Shown here one piece after another: positions 1 to 8,263 of a stretch of DNA of 32,000 bases. Within the stretch, counting starts at the first letter, position 1; each line of letters starts with the position of its first letter. The stretch is from NCBI GenBank assembly GCA_004124295.1, contig SCKI01000009.1, forward strand, positions 55,325 through 87,324, written 5' to 3'. Position numbers and translations under genes: made by a program. Below the pieces are notes generated by a model. It worked only from the letters and a program-made list of their open reading frames with translations. It had not been told where the DNA came from and searched no databases. The stretch is from Fidelibacterota bacterium (GTDB lineage Bacteria; Fidelibacterota; Marinisomatia; SCGC-AAA003-L08; TS1B11).

Positions 1-279
1 GTTGGAGGGGGTGTTCTGGGTGCCGATGGCCTGCCGCAGGAAGTGGAATATGACCACGATGCGGGTAAAGCAGGTCATCATCACCAGAATCGACGGCGCC
101 AGCGACAGGATGGTAATCAGAATGACGATCTGGATCGTGGTGGTGAGTTGCTCCGGATTGGAGACATTTTCCACGGTCAGGTTCAGTGCCGGCAGGCCGC
201 TGTCCTGGCCCAGGCCGACAGCCGGCAGGACCGCCAGGGCCGTTAACAGTAGAGGTATGAAAAGGTGTTTCGCTCGCAT
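1..279 (-). CDS. fliP: Flagellar export apparatus protein FliP, first 93 codons only (gene continues past the left edge)
   Basis: I translated the reverse strand from the ATG at 279: MRAKHLFIPLLLTALAVL...ILITILSLAPSILVMMTCFTRIVVIFHFLRQAIGTQNTPSN. It has a signal-like N-terminus followed by the conserved FliP LSLAPS/FTRI/LRQA.GTQ.TP block. It is absent from the ORF track because no stop lies inside the window. It follows fliO as in canonical operons. Confidence 0.9.
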   Translation of the reverse strand, partial: MRAKHLFIPLLLTALAVLPAVGLGQDSGLPALNLTVENVSNPEQLTTTIQIVILITILSLAPSILVMMTCFTRIVVIFHFLRQAIGTQNTPSN

Positions 280-324
280 CGTCTGGCTTTCACCGGAGTT
301 AAAAGCAAACTCCGGGCCAAACGA

Positions 325-777
325 CTAATCCTCGTCGGAATCGAGGTGATCTACGAGCTGAATAGAATGGTCAGTAATGCCCACCAGGAGTTCTTTTCCC
401 CGCACCTTCACAATGGCCAGGGACTGTTTGGGGCTGAGATACTTGCGGCCCACCACCTGTATGTCGGGGCTGGAGGTCTGGCTGATGCGTTCTCCGCCGT
501 AGCGCTTGAGCAGCCAGGCCCCGCCAACGATGGCGCCCAGGACCAGGGCCGTGTAGACCACCGCCTTCCAGAGGCTGTCGGAGAGGTCACCAGCGGCAGG
601 CTGCACCTGGCTTGAGGGGAGGTCTTCGGTAGATTGTACCTGTGCGGCGACAACCGGCGGCCCGGCGGCAATCCGGTCGAGCTTCTGGTTACGGAGCGAT
701 ATGCCGAGCAGGGTGATGAGCGCAAATACGACGACAAACAGCAGGTTGGCCGGTTTCGAGATCGCGCTCCGGGCCAT
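325..777 (-). CDS. fliO: Flagellar biosynthesis protein FliO (FliZ-type)
   Basis: 150 aa with one or two hydrophobic segments and the FliO-like C-terminal block LSPKQSLAIVKVRGKELLVGITDHSIQLV. It lies between fliN and fliP. Its start overlaps the fliN stop (TAATG). Confidence 0.75.
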   Translation of the reverse strand: MARSAISKPANLLFVVVFALITLLGISLRNQKLDRIAAGPPVVAAQVQSTEDLPSSQVQPAAGDLSDSLWKAVVYTALVLGAIVGGAWLLKRYGGERISQTSSPDIQVVGRKYLSPKQSLAIVKVRGKELLVGITDHSIQLVDHLDSDED

Positions 778-1880
778 TATCGGCCCAGACTGCGGATACG
801 GGACGAAGTGTCGACCAGGTGGGTCAGGCGAATCCCGAAGTGGTCTTCGATAACCACGACTTCGCCTTCGGCCAGCTTCATCCCGTTCACCAGGATATCG
901 ACCGGCTCGCCGGCCAGCTTGTCCAGTTCAATGACCGAACCCTTGCCCAGCCGGAGAATTTCTTCCACGAGCATCTGTTTTCTGCCCAGTTCGACGGTAA
1001 TGTCGAGCTTCACGTCCAGCAGCATATCGATCTTGCTGTCGCCGACGCCGGATCCGGCACTTTCGGTGAACTCGTCAAAATCGGCCGGGCTGGCCGCTAC
1101 GACCTCACCGCCGCCCAACAGGTCGTCGAAATCGCCGCTGCCGGGACCGTCGTCGCTTTCCAGAAAATCGCCGGCCAACTCGGCCGCCATCTCTTCGGAT
1201 ATGTCGGTTTCCAGGGCCGAATCTCCCGTCTCTGCGGGGGCCTTTGGGGCCTTTTGCGCAGCTTCCGCGGCTTCCTCGCCAGCGGCCTCGGTGGCCTCCT
1301 CTGCATCCTCTGCAGCTTCCTCGCCGGCGGCCTCGGCAGCGCCTTCAGCCTCCGCTGCGGCCAGCTCGCCCTGGACAATATGGGTCACGCTAAATTTCTG
1401 CTCATCGCCTTCCCGGGTAAAGCTGTAGGCGGCGACCGTGGCCCCTTCAGGGAGGCTCAGGTCCTCAGCTGAAGCGACTTCGGCGACAACCACATCGGCG
1501 GCCGAGAAGGCATTCTCTTCGCCGTCGAACGCTGCCTGCACCTGGCCCAGCATCTGGTTGATGACTTCCTGCACCGCCTCGTACTGCTCATTGCCGATCT
1601 CCTCGGGCGCGTCGCTGCCGACCATCCAGCCGAAGATCAGTCCGGCCAGCGCCTTGTCAATCAGGAAGATGTGCTCGTAGGTCCCTTCCGAGGTGCTGTT
1701 CAAGGTGATCTTGACCAGTGGAAATTCGCCCGGGGGGGTAAAATCTTCGCCCAAGGGGGCAGGGTCTTCCCCTGCGGCCGTCACGGCGCCCTGAAGCACC
1801 TGGCTGGCCGATTCTGCGAGGGCCGGCAACAGCTCTTTGGCCATTGCCTGATAGCGGGGGTCGAGTTCCTCAAATTGCAT
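777..1880 (-). CDS. fliN: Flagellar motor switch protein FliN/FliY (long form with a CheC-like N-terminal region and an acidic linker)
   Basis: The C-terminus is a clear SpoA/FliN domain: DMLLDVKLDITVELGRKQMLVEEILRLGKGSVIELDKLAGEPVDILVNGMKLAEGEVVVIEDHFGIRL. The roughly 170-aa N-terminal domain contains an E-x-x-N element (QEVINQM), as in CheC/FliY. It follows fliM. Confidence 0.85.
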   Translation of the reverse strand: MQFEELDPRYQAMAKELLPALAESASQVLQGAVTAAGEDPAPLGEDFTPPGEFPLVKITLNSTSEGTYEHIFLIDKALAGLIFGWMVGSDAPEEIGNEQYEAVQEVINQMLGQVQAAFDGEENAFSAADVVVAEVASAEDLSLPEGATVAAYSFTREGDEQKFSVTHIVQGELAAAEAEGAAEAAGEEAAEDAEEATEAAGEEAAEAAQKAPKAPAETGDSALETDISEEMAAELAGDFLESDDGPGSGDFDDLLGGGEVVAASPADFDEFTESAGSGVGDSKIDMLLDVKLDITVELGRKQMLVEEILRLGKGSVIELDKLAGEPVDILVNGMKLAEGEVVVIEDHFGIRLTHLVDTSSRIRSLGR

Positions 1881-2865
1881 TTTCTAACTCCTCTTGAAGT
1901 ACTTTAGTCACCTGGATGGCGCGGTATTTGTTTTTGCGTCCGATAATCCCCTTGAAAGCCATCTTTTCACGCACAAAAATGGCGCTTTCTTCGTTGGGCT
2001 TGGAATCCAGCACCAGGAGGTCTCCATTCTGGAGTTGGACAAATTCGCCGATTGTGAGCTGGGTCGTGCCCAAGCTGGCATAGACCGGACAGGTCACCGC
2101 CTTCAGGTTGGCTTCCATCTGCAGCCGCTCTACCGGAGTTGATTCGGTGGCCCCGAATTGCAGCCGTTCCTGGATGTCGGGCATGCTTACAAGTTCCGCC
2201 AGCCAGCGGTAGGGATAGCAGAAATTCATCAAGGTTTTGTTGTCGTGAATCTTTACCTGCAGCGAAACCACCACCACCGGTTCAGCCGAGGGCACGATCT
2301 GGATAAACTCAGGGTTGCTCTCAAAGCGGGTAATGGTGGTCTTCAGGTCCATGATCGTACTCCAGACGTTTTCCAACTCAGTGGAGGCCCGCTGGATGAC
2401 CTTGAACATGATGCGCTCCTCGATAATCGATATAGGCCGGGAGCTGGCCGCTGAAAATGACCCCTTGCCGCCAAACAGTTTCTCGACGATGAATATCACC
2501 AGGCTGGGGCTCATCTCGAGGATTGCCTCCCCGGGTGGATTTTCCAGCTCCAGCACGTAGAGGCAGCCCGGAGGGGCGATGGACATGACGAATTCCGAGT
2601 AGAGCAGCTGATCGATAGCCAGAAGATCGATCTCCACGATCATGCGCAGTTGGGCCGACAAAAAGACGCCGAAGTTCCGGGAGAAGTTCTCGTGGATATT
2701 CTCCAGCAGCCTCATCTGCTCCTTCGAGATCAGGTTTGGATGTTTGAAATCGTACAGGGTTACCCGCCGTGAGGGACCCCCTTCAACCCCTGCAGCGCCG
2801 CCGCCGTCATCGGCTACGGTTGATAGTAAGGCATCAATTTCATCCTGGCTGAGTATCTTGGCCAC
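1870..2865 (-). CDS. fliM: Flagellar motor switch protein FliM
   Basis: The N-terminus AKILSQDEIDALLS is the CheY-P binding LSQxEIDALL peptide. Length is 331 aa. GTG start with GGAG 6 nt upstream. Position is between fliL and fliN. Confidence 0.93.
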   Translation of the reverse strand: MAKILSQDEIDALLSTVADDGGGAAGVEGGPSRRVTLYDFKHPNLISKEQMRLLENIHENFSRNFGVFLSAQLRMIVEIDLLAIDQLLYSEFVMSIAPPGCLYVLELENPPGEAILEMSPSLVIFIVEKLFGGKGSFSAASSRPISIIEERIMFKVIQRASTELENVWSTIMDLKTTITRFESNPEFIQIVPSAEPVVVVSLQVKIHDNKTLMNFCYPYRWLAELVSMPDIQERLQFGATESTPVERLQMEANLKAVTCPVYASLGTTQLTIGEFVQLQNGDLLVLDSKPNEESAIFVREKMAFKGIIGRKNKYRAIQVTKVLQEELENAI

Positions 2866-2873
2866 TGTGGCTC

Positions 2874-3100
2874 CTATAGTATGATGAACCCGGTAAGGTA
2901 CACCGTATCAAACGGTTCATCCTCTGAAAATCCGTTCAACATCTTCTTTTTCGTATCTCTCACCGTTGTTAAAAGCTCTCTGGTTGAGGTTTCTTGCAAA
3001 GTTCGTGCCTCAAAATAGATCAGCATGGCCACCCTGATTTTAAATTCCCCGTCCGCCAGCTCTTCCTGGGCATCGTTCGAATAAACCTCCGGGCAGCACT
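2874..3100 (-). pseudogene. Tandem duplicate of the fliL 3' end (FliL C-terminal 71 codons, with no TM or N-terminal part)
   Basis: Positions 2874-3092 align without gaps to 3124-3342, an offset of exactly 250 nt, at 169/219 nt identity by my hand count. Translation EVYSNDAQEELADGEFKIRVAMLIYFEARTLQETSTRELLTTVRDTKKKMLNGFSEDEPFDTVYLTGFIIL matches FliL residues 120-190 at 47/71. The ORF-track N-terminus (MPPLIRCTLPSSS...) is non-homologous and overlaps the fliL 3' end in another frame. Confidence 0.55.
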
Positions 3101-3123
3101 CCTGATTCTGACCAAGCCGGCCC

Positions 3124-3696
3124 CTACTGGAAGATGAACTTGGTAAAGTACACCGTATCAATGGGGGCATCCTCCAAAAATCCGTTCAGCATCTTCTTTA
3201 TCGTGTCTCGCACCGTCACCAAAAACTGCCGGGTGGCAACTTCCTGCATCGTTCGCGACCCAAAATAGATCAGCATGGCATCCCTGATCTGAAAATCCTT
3301 GTCCGTCAGCTCTTCCTTGGCTTCCTCCGAGTAAACCTCCAGCAGCAGATCGAAGGCCACAATGCTCCTCCGCGAACCGGACAGGTTTGCGACGATCCCC
3401 TCCACGCTGTGGCGGATGGGATCGCCTCGATCCTTAACCTTCTTCTTCTTTTCCGCCTTGGGCCGGTTGAGCCGTTCCTTGACAGCCTGCACGGTCTCAC
3501 TGCTGCTGAGCATGGGAATGATCAATTTCTGGGTCAGCAGATAGGCCCCGAATCCCAGGCCGCCAAACACCACCAGAATCAGGAGCAGCTTGACAATAAT
3601 CCCCAGCCCTTTACCGCCGGATTCTGCTGCCTCCTCCTCGGCCCCCTCGCCGTCAGGATCCTGGATAGATGTACCCCGATCTTCTATCTCACTCAT
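3124..3696 (-). CDS. fliL: Flagellar basal body-associated protein FliL
   Basis: 190 aa with an acidic N-terminus and a single TM (IIVKLLLILVVFGGLGFGAYLL). The FliL-type C-terminal domain reads FDLLLEVYSEEAKEEL...IRDAMLIYF. Position is between motB and fliM. Confidence 0.85.
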   Translation of the reverse strand: MSEIEDRGTSIQDPDGEGAEEEAAESGGKGLGIIVKLLLILVVFGGLGFGAYLLTQKLIIPMLSSSETVQAVKERLNRPKAEKKKKVKDRGDPIRHSVEGIVANLSGSRRSIVAFDLLLEVYSEEAKEELTDKDFQIRDAMLIYFGSRTMQEVATRQFLVTVRDTIKKMLNGFLEDAPIDTVYFTKFIFQ

Positions 3697-4408
3697 TGCC
3701 TGATTCGCTCCATACGATTTTAAGTTCTACGCGGCGGTTCCTGGCGCGCCCTTCAGGCGTATCGTTGGGTTCTATGGGAATGTGCTCGCCATGCCCCACG
3801 GCGGCCAATTGGCCAGGGGGGATACCCCGGTCCTCAAGCAGCCTGACCACAGCGAGCGCCCGGGCAGCCGACAACTCCCAGTTGGTCGGAAATTCCGGTG
3901 TGCTGATGGGTTGATTGTCCGTATGCCCCTCCACATAGACTTGGTCGGTCTGCCCGATGATCGAATTGGCAATGCCATCCAGTACCCGGATTGCGCCGGC
4001 TTTCAGTTCCGCCCGGCCGGCGTCGTACAGCACCTCGTCACCCAGGCGCACCAGCACCTCGCCGGGACCGGTAATTTCCACCGAGGCGACATCCTCCAGG
4101 CCCTCCTCCTGGAATACCTCGGCAATCCGCTGCAGAGCTTCCAGCATATCGACGTGCTCGGTGGATCTGCCGGCCGTGCCGATAGCCGGGGAAAGTTCGC
4201 CGATAACGCTTATATTTCTATCCATTACCCCCAGCGCACCTTGCAGGGACGCAGCAGCCTGCAGAAATTTTTGTTCGTTGATGCTGGACATCGCGAACAT
4301 CAGGATAAAAAAGGTTAACAACAGGGTTACCATATCCCCGTAGGTAACCATCCAGAACGGCGCTGTTGGTCCTCCGTCATCCTCGGGTTCCTGGTTCTCA
4401 GCCATCAT
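3689..4408 (-). CDS. motB: Flagellar stator protein MotB (OmpA-like peptidoglycan-binding C-terminus)
   Basis: N-terminal motif PFWMVTYGDMVTLLLTFFILMF contains the conserved channel Asp. The OmpA-like block is VEGHTDNQPISTPEFPTNWELSAARALAVVRLL...NRRVEL. It overlaps motA by 4 nt. Confidence 0.9.
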   Translation of the reverse strand: MMAENQEPEDDGGPTAPFWMVTYGDMVTLLLTFFILMFAMSSINEQKFLQAAASLQGALGVMDRNISVIGELSPAIGTAGRSTEHVDMLEALQRIAEVFQEEGLEDVASVEITGPGEVLVRLGDEVLYDAGRAELKAGAIRVLDGIANSIIGQTDQVYVEGHTDNQPISTPEFPTNWELSAARALAVVRLLEDRGIPPGQLAAVGHGEHIPIEPNDTPEGRARNRRVELKIVWSESGNE

Positions 4409-5232
4409 TCACCTCCAGCTTCGGCCGGGGGACTGTCCTCAGCGCCCCCATTGCCGCCCCCGTCGCCTTCGTCGGGCTCAATGCCGCGCAGGCTGGGGGC
4501 GATATAATTCATCAGTTTGCGCTCCATATTCTTGGGGTGGACCCCTTTCTGGATTGAAAGGACCCCTTCAATAATCATGCGCCGGGTCTTGACCTCGATG
4601 AGCGATTTTTGCTTCAGCTTCCCGGCCATCGGCAGATAGACGAGGTTCCCCAGAACGGCGCCGTAAAATGTTGTGATCAGGGCCACCGCCATCGACGGAC
4701 CGATGGAGCTGGGATCGTCCAGGTTGCCAAGCATCTTGACCAGGCCGATGAGGGTTCCGATCATGCCGAATGCCGGTGCGTAGGCGCCCAGGGCGTTGAA
4801 TATGCCCTGGCCCACCTTGTGCCGGTCCAGGATGCTGGACACTTCCGTTTCCATGATGTCCCGGATGGTCTCGGGCTCGGTGCCGTCCACGGCCATCTCC
4901 AGGCCCCCTTTCATGAACTGCTCCTCCACGTCCTTCAGCGCCCGGTCCAGGGCCAGGATACCGTCGCGCCGTGCCAGCAGGGCCAGCTCGCTGAATTTTT
5001 CAATGATGGCCAGGGAATCGTCTTCTTCGGATTTGAACGTCTTGGCGGCAATTTTGACCGCAGCCACAAATTGGCTCATGTTGAAATTGATCAATGTTGC
5101 GGCGATTGATCCGCCCACCACAATCATCACCGATGGTATGTCTATGAAGGCACCGGCGCCTCCACCCACCATGATTGTGCCGATGAGCAGGCCAAAGCCA
5201 GCAATGATTCCGGCCAGTGTGGCGATATCCAA
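4405..5232 (-). CDS. motA: Flagellar stator protein MotA (probable TTG start at 5232; the ORF-track ATG at 5283 is probably too far upstream)
   Basis: MotA/TolQ/ExbB-type four-TM layout: LDIATLAGIIAGFGLLIGTIMVGG..., ...APAFGMIGTLIGLVKML..., ...AVALITTFYGAVLGNLVYLP. A TTG at 5232 is preceded by GGAAGGG 8 nt upstream. The extra 17 codons of the longer ORF lie inside a 9-bp-stem hairpin (5269-5298). Confidence 0.9.
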   Translation of the reverse strand: MDIATLAGIIAGFGLLIGTIMVGGGAGAFIDIPSVMIVVGGSIAATLINFNMSQFVAAVKIAAKTFKSEEDDSLAIIEKFSELALLARRDGILALDRALKDVEEQFMKGGLEMAVDGTEPETIRDIMETEVSSILDRHKVGQGIFNALGAYAPAFGMIGTLIGLVKMLGNLDDPSSIGPSMAVALITTFYGAVLGNLVYLPMAGKLKQKSLIEVKTRRMIIEGVLSIQKGVHPKNMERKLMNYIAPSLRGIEPDEGDGGGNGGAEDSPPAEAGGE

Positions 5233-5268
5233 GTAGACGGCCCTTCCGGATACAATGATTCCGCCGGT

Positions 5269-5366
5269 TGACCACCCCGCCACAAGGCAGGGTGGTCAGC
5301 AAAGCGGAAAGAAGTCAACGGTACAATCGTCAACTTAACGAATATTGAAGCGGTTTAACGCTTCAA
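5269..5366 (-). promoter_or_regulatory. Two stem-loops in the flgE-motA junction
   Basis: Hairpin TTGAAGCG-6 nt-CGCTTCAA (5345-5366) overlaps the flgE stop codon. Hairpin TGACCACCC-12 nt-GGGTGGTCA (5269-5298) lies just upstream of the motA RBS. Neither is followed by a clear U-tract. Confidence 0.4.
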
Positions 5367-6986
5367 GCGCATGGTTTCCTCAAGAATCTGGTCGGCAGTG
5401 GTGACGACCCGGGCGTTAGCCTGGAATCCACGCTGCGTCACGATCATTTCGGTAAATTGGGCAACCAGATCTACATTCGAATTCTCCAGCGAACCGGAGA
5501 CGATTGTCGAAGAGAACTGCCCGCCGGCCTTGCCGATGATCGGTGTACCAGAACTCGACGCAATGCTGAAGTTACCGCTGCCAGACCGCAGTAACCCAAG
5601 AGGATTTGGGAACTCGGCCAGGGCGATCTGCGCCAGGGTCAGGTTCTTCTCATTGGAGAAGACACCGGTAATGATCCCTTGCGAGTCGATGGCGAACCTC
5701 AACAACGAGCCGGTGGGCGCTCCATCCTGCTCGCGCACGATCAGCGTCGGGTCTGACCCGAACTGGGTCACTCCGGAAAAACCGGAGCCGCCCTGCACGT
5801 CGATACCGACGGAGAACGTGGCAGCCGCATTGCCTGGATCGATGGTGAGGGCGGTTGCGGAACCGTCCACCCCGAAGGAAGTAACCTCGCCGGATTCGTT
5901 GAACTGCAGCGTGCCAGTATCAATTCCCACGACGTCTCCATCACCCAGTACTTCCGCCTGCCAGGTCCACTTCCCTTCCGTAGGCGTGAGGGTGAAGGTG
6001 AGGATCAGGTTGTGGGCTTCCCCCAGGCTGTCGAATATGGCCGTGGAAGTGCTCACCCGTCCGGTGAACCCGGTCACGCTCCTTTCGAAAACCGGCAGTG
6101 AGATACTGGCGGCTGTGCTCACCAGTATTGAAGTTGAAGATTCGCCCTTCACATCATCCAGCAGGGTGATCTTGCCATCAACCACTGATGCCGTCGCAAA
6201 GCCGGAATAGACCGTATTGATGACGGCCAGCAGGGCATCCAGATTGTCACCCGCCGTATAGGTGTAATCGGTTGGACCCACAATGGTGCCATCAGGCAGG
6301 GCGCCCGTGATGGTAAACGTTTCGCCACCCGTCAGCGCTACGGACGTCTGGTCCAGGTCGTTGATCAGCGAACTCCCCACTGCCACACCATCATCCTGGT
6401 TGGGGTCAGTGAGGGCCAGAGAACTGGCCAGGGTCTGGGCCAGGGGCTTCAGGGTCGAGTCCAGATTGCCTGACAGGAACACCGTCTTGGTTTCCGTTGC
6501 GGGTGAGGACAGATTGGTGTCCAGGAAGATTTCCGCCAACGGGGTGAAGATATCAATCTCACCACTGTCGTCAGCCTGGAAACCTTGCACGGCCAATCCG
6601 CCCGAGTTTACCAGAAAGCCCTGGTTGTTGAAGAAGAAGTTCCCACCACGGCTGTAGGTATTCGTCTGTCCATCACTGAGGATGAAAAACGAATTACCCT
6701 GTATCGCCATGTCGGTTGGTACACCGGTGAACTCCAGGCTTCCCTGGGCGAAGTTGATATCGGTGGCGCTGATGTTCACGCCCAGACCGATCTGCTTCTG
6801 GTTACCGAAACCGCCACCAAAACCGCGGGACACTCCCGACAGGTTCTGGGATCGGGCTTCGGCGAAGGTAATCCGGCTTGATTTAAAGCCGAGTGTTCTA
6901 ACGTTCGCGAGGTTGTTACCGATCACGTCCAACTGGGCCGTGAAGTTTTTCAACCCCGAAACAGCAGATGCGAGTGATTTTAGCAT
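5355..6986 (-). CDS. flgE: Flagellar hook protein FlgE
   Basis: The N-terminus LKSLASAVSGLKNFTAQLDVIGNNLANVRTLGFK and the C-terminus NSNVDLVAQFTEMIVTQRGFQANARVVTTADQILEETMRLK are the conserved rod/hook terminal domains. 543 aa. It follows flgD. Confidence 0.93.
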   Translation of the reverse strand: MLKSLASAVSGLKNFTAQLDVIGNNLANVRTLGFKSSRITFAEARSQNLSGVSRGFGGGFGNQKQIGLGVNISATDINFAQGSLEFTGVPTDMAIQGNSFFILSDGQTNTYSRGGNFFFNNQGFLVNSGGLAVQGFQADDSGEIDIFTPLAEIFLDTNLSSPATETKTVFLSGNLDSTLKPLAQTLASSLALTDPNQDDGVAVGSSLINDLDQTSVALTGGETFTITGALPDGTIVGPTDYTYTAGDNLDALLAVINTVYSGFATASVVDGKITLLDDVKGESSTSILVSTAASISLPVFERSVTGFTGRVSTSTAIFDSLGEAHNLILTFTLTPTEGKWTWQAEVLGDGDVVGIDTGTLQFNESGEVTSFGVDGSATALTIDPGNAAATFSVGIDVQGGSGFSGVTQFGSDPTLIVREQDGAPTGSLLRFAIDSQGIITGVFSNEKNLTLAQIALAEFPNPLGLLRSGSGNFSIASSSGTPIIGKAGGQFSSTIVSGSLENSNVDLVAQFTEMIVTQRGFQANARVVTTADQILEETMRLKR

Positions 6987-7027
6987 CGTACTATCCCTTC
7001 ATTTAAGCTCATTCAGGTTCTGGCTAG

Positions 7028-7089
7028 GATTCCGCGTCAGTCGTTCGGCGGAATCAAGGCTTCCCTGAGTCGCGGCGCAGTGCCGCGAC
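7028..7089 (-). promoter_or_regulatory. Two perfect 8-bp stem-loops in the 139-nt gap upstream of flgE
   Basis: GATTCCGC-12 nt-GCGGAATC (7028-7055) and GTCGCGGC-5 nt-GCCGCGAC (7069-7089). This is the only sizeable intergenic gap inside the structural operon. Confidence 0.4.
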
Positions 7090-7125
7090 GCTTCTGGGAC
7101 CAGCCTTACCGTTATTTATGTTCGA

Positions 7126-7560
7126 TCACACGATCGTTGCGCTATCGATCTGCGTAAAGACATTGTCCCCTGCTCCGTGCCGGGGGATGGCCGTGATGAC
7201 CACCTTGTTCTTTACGCTCACGATAAAGGCGGTGTCATCCATGAGAACCAGGGAATTAACACTGCCTTTGGCCTCAGCCAGCCGGACCCCACGGTCCAAC
7301 CGCTCAAGGTTTTGCGCCGATAGCGCGATGTTTCGTTCCTGCAACCGGGCTTGGGCATGCGCCGAAAAAGCAAGCTGCCCCGCTTTGGGGGCTGCCCCAG
7401 GCTGATGCCGCCCGGCCAGTTCGCCTGCCAGCACCTTGGAAAAGCGGCCCTCTTCCGGCGCCCCGCTGGGGGCCGATTTAGCCGCTCCCTGTGCCGGCTG
7501 TGCGTGCCGGATGGGTTGCAGATTCGAGTTCATCAACAGATCTGCAGGTTTCATGATCAA
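7126..7560 (-). CDS. Small flagellar operon protein of the YlxG/FlbC type (TIGR02530-like)
   Basis: The C-terminal block FSAHAQARLQERNIALSAQNLERLDRGVRLAEAKGSVNSLVLMDDTAFIVSVKNKVVITA matches, from memory, the conserved family found between flgD and flgE in Bacillus and Borrelia. Position is identical. ATGA overlap with flgD. Confidence 0.7.
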   Translation of the reverse strand: MIMKPADLLMNSNLQPIRHAQPAQGAAKSAPSGAPEEGRFSKVLAGELAGRHQPGAAPKAGQLAFSAHAQARLQERNIALSAQNLERLDRGVRLAEAKGSVNSLVLMDDTAFIVSVKNKVVITAIPRHGAGDNVFTQIDSATIV

Positions 7561-8249
7561 CCTCCAGCAGCGCTGATGGAGATCACGTCACCCATGGCGA
7601 ACAGGATATCGCCGACCATCAACGTCGCAATGCCGCCCTCATAACTCACCCCGGTAATGATACCGGAGGTAGCTGTAAGCGCTTCCACTACTTCGCCGTT
7701 GATGTCCTTGGCCTTGACCCTGTACGTGTAGGTGCCCCCTGCAAGGGGATCGCCTGCATCGTCTGTGCCATCCCAGCCGATCGTCTGACCACCTGGCAGC
7801 ATGCTGCGCTGCTGTATGGTGCGGACCACCTCGCCCTCTGCGTTGAGGATGTCGATTGTCACCGTCTCGGCCGGTCCGGCGAGAGATACATACAGGTTGG
7901 CGGAACCGCCAGTTTCCAGTATGATGGCATCTCCGATTGCCAGAACCTTTTTGCCGATCAGACTGGCTGCCATGGTATTATTAACCGCCTGGGTTGATAA
8001 CACCGTCGCTTCCAAACTCTGAGCGAGGCGATTATCGATGCTGTTGAGGCGCTCCAACTGGCCAAATTGGGCCATCTGGGCAGCAAATTCCTGATTGCTC
8101 ATCGGTTCAAGCGGATCCTGGTTCTTCAGCTGGGCTACCAGCAGAGTAAGAAACTGCTCATGGTCGATGATTGTGCCAGTGCTGCGGGCGATTTGCGTCC
8201 CACGGCTGACATCAGGCGGGCTGCCTATGGCCACTGTTGCGTCGGGCAT
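7557..8249 (-). CDS. flgD: Flagellar hook capping/assembly protein FlgD
   Basis: Conserved FlgD N-terminal motif DHEQFLTLLVAQLKNQDPLEPMSNQEFAAQMAQFGQLE. The C-terminus is beta-rich (WDGTDDAGDPLAGGTYTYRV). Confidence 0.9.
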   Translation of the reverse strand: MPDATVAIGSPPDVSRGTQIARSTGTIIDHEQFLTLLVAQLKNQDPLEPMSNQEFAAQMAQFGQLERLNSIDNRLAQSLEATVLSTQAVNNTMAASLIGKKVLAIGDAIILETGGSANLYVSLAGPAETVTIDILNAEGEVVRTIQQRSMLPGGQTIGWDGTDDAGDPLAGGTYTYRVKAKDINGEVVEALTATSGIITGVSYEGGIATLMVGDILFAMGDVISISAAGG

Positions 8250-8263
8250 GGATTGACTCCTTT

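Noticed and set aside
293-315. Hairpin CCGGAGTT-7 nt-AACTCCGG between fliO and fliP, considered as a terminator
   Set aside because: No U-tract follows on the transcribed strand, and fliP must be co-expressed with fliO. At most it is a local mRNA structure near the fliP start.
5233-5283. N-terminal 17-codon extension of MotA (MAGWSTGGIIVSGRAVY) from the ORF track
   Set aside because: MotA family proteins start right at the xDIATLxG segment. A TTG with GGAAGGG upstream is at 5232, and the extension overlaps a 9-bp-stem hairpin. Kept only as an alternative start.
7069-7089. Sigma54-like GGCAC...GC string on the reverse strand upstream of flgE
   Set aside because: It reads CGGCAC rather than TGGCAC, and the GG-to-GC spacing is one nucleotide short. 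The string is the arm of a perfect hairpin, which explains it better.
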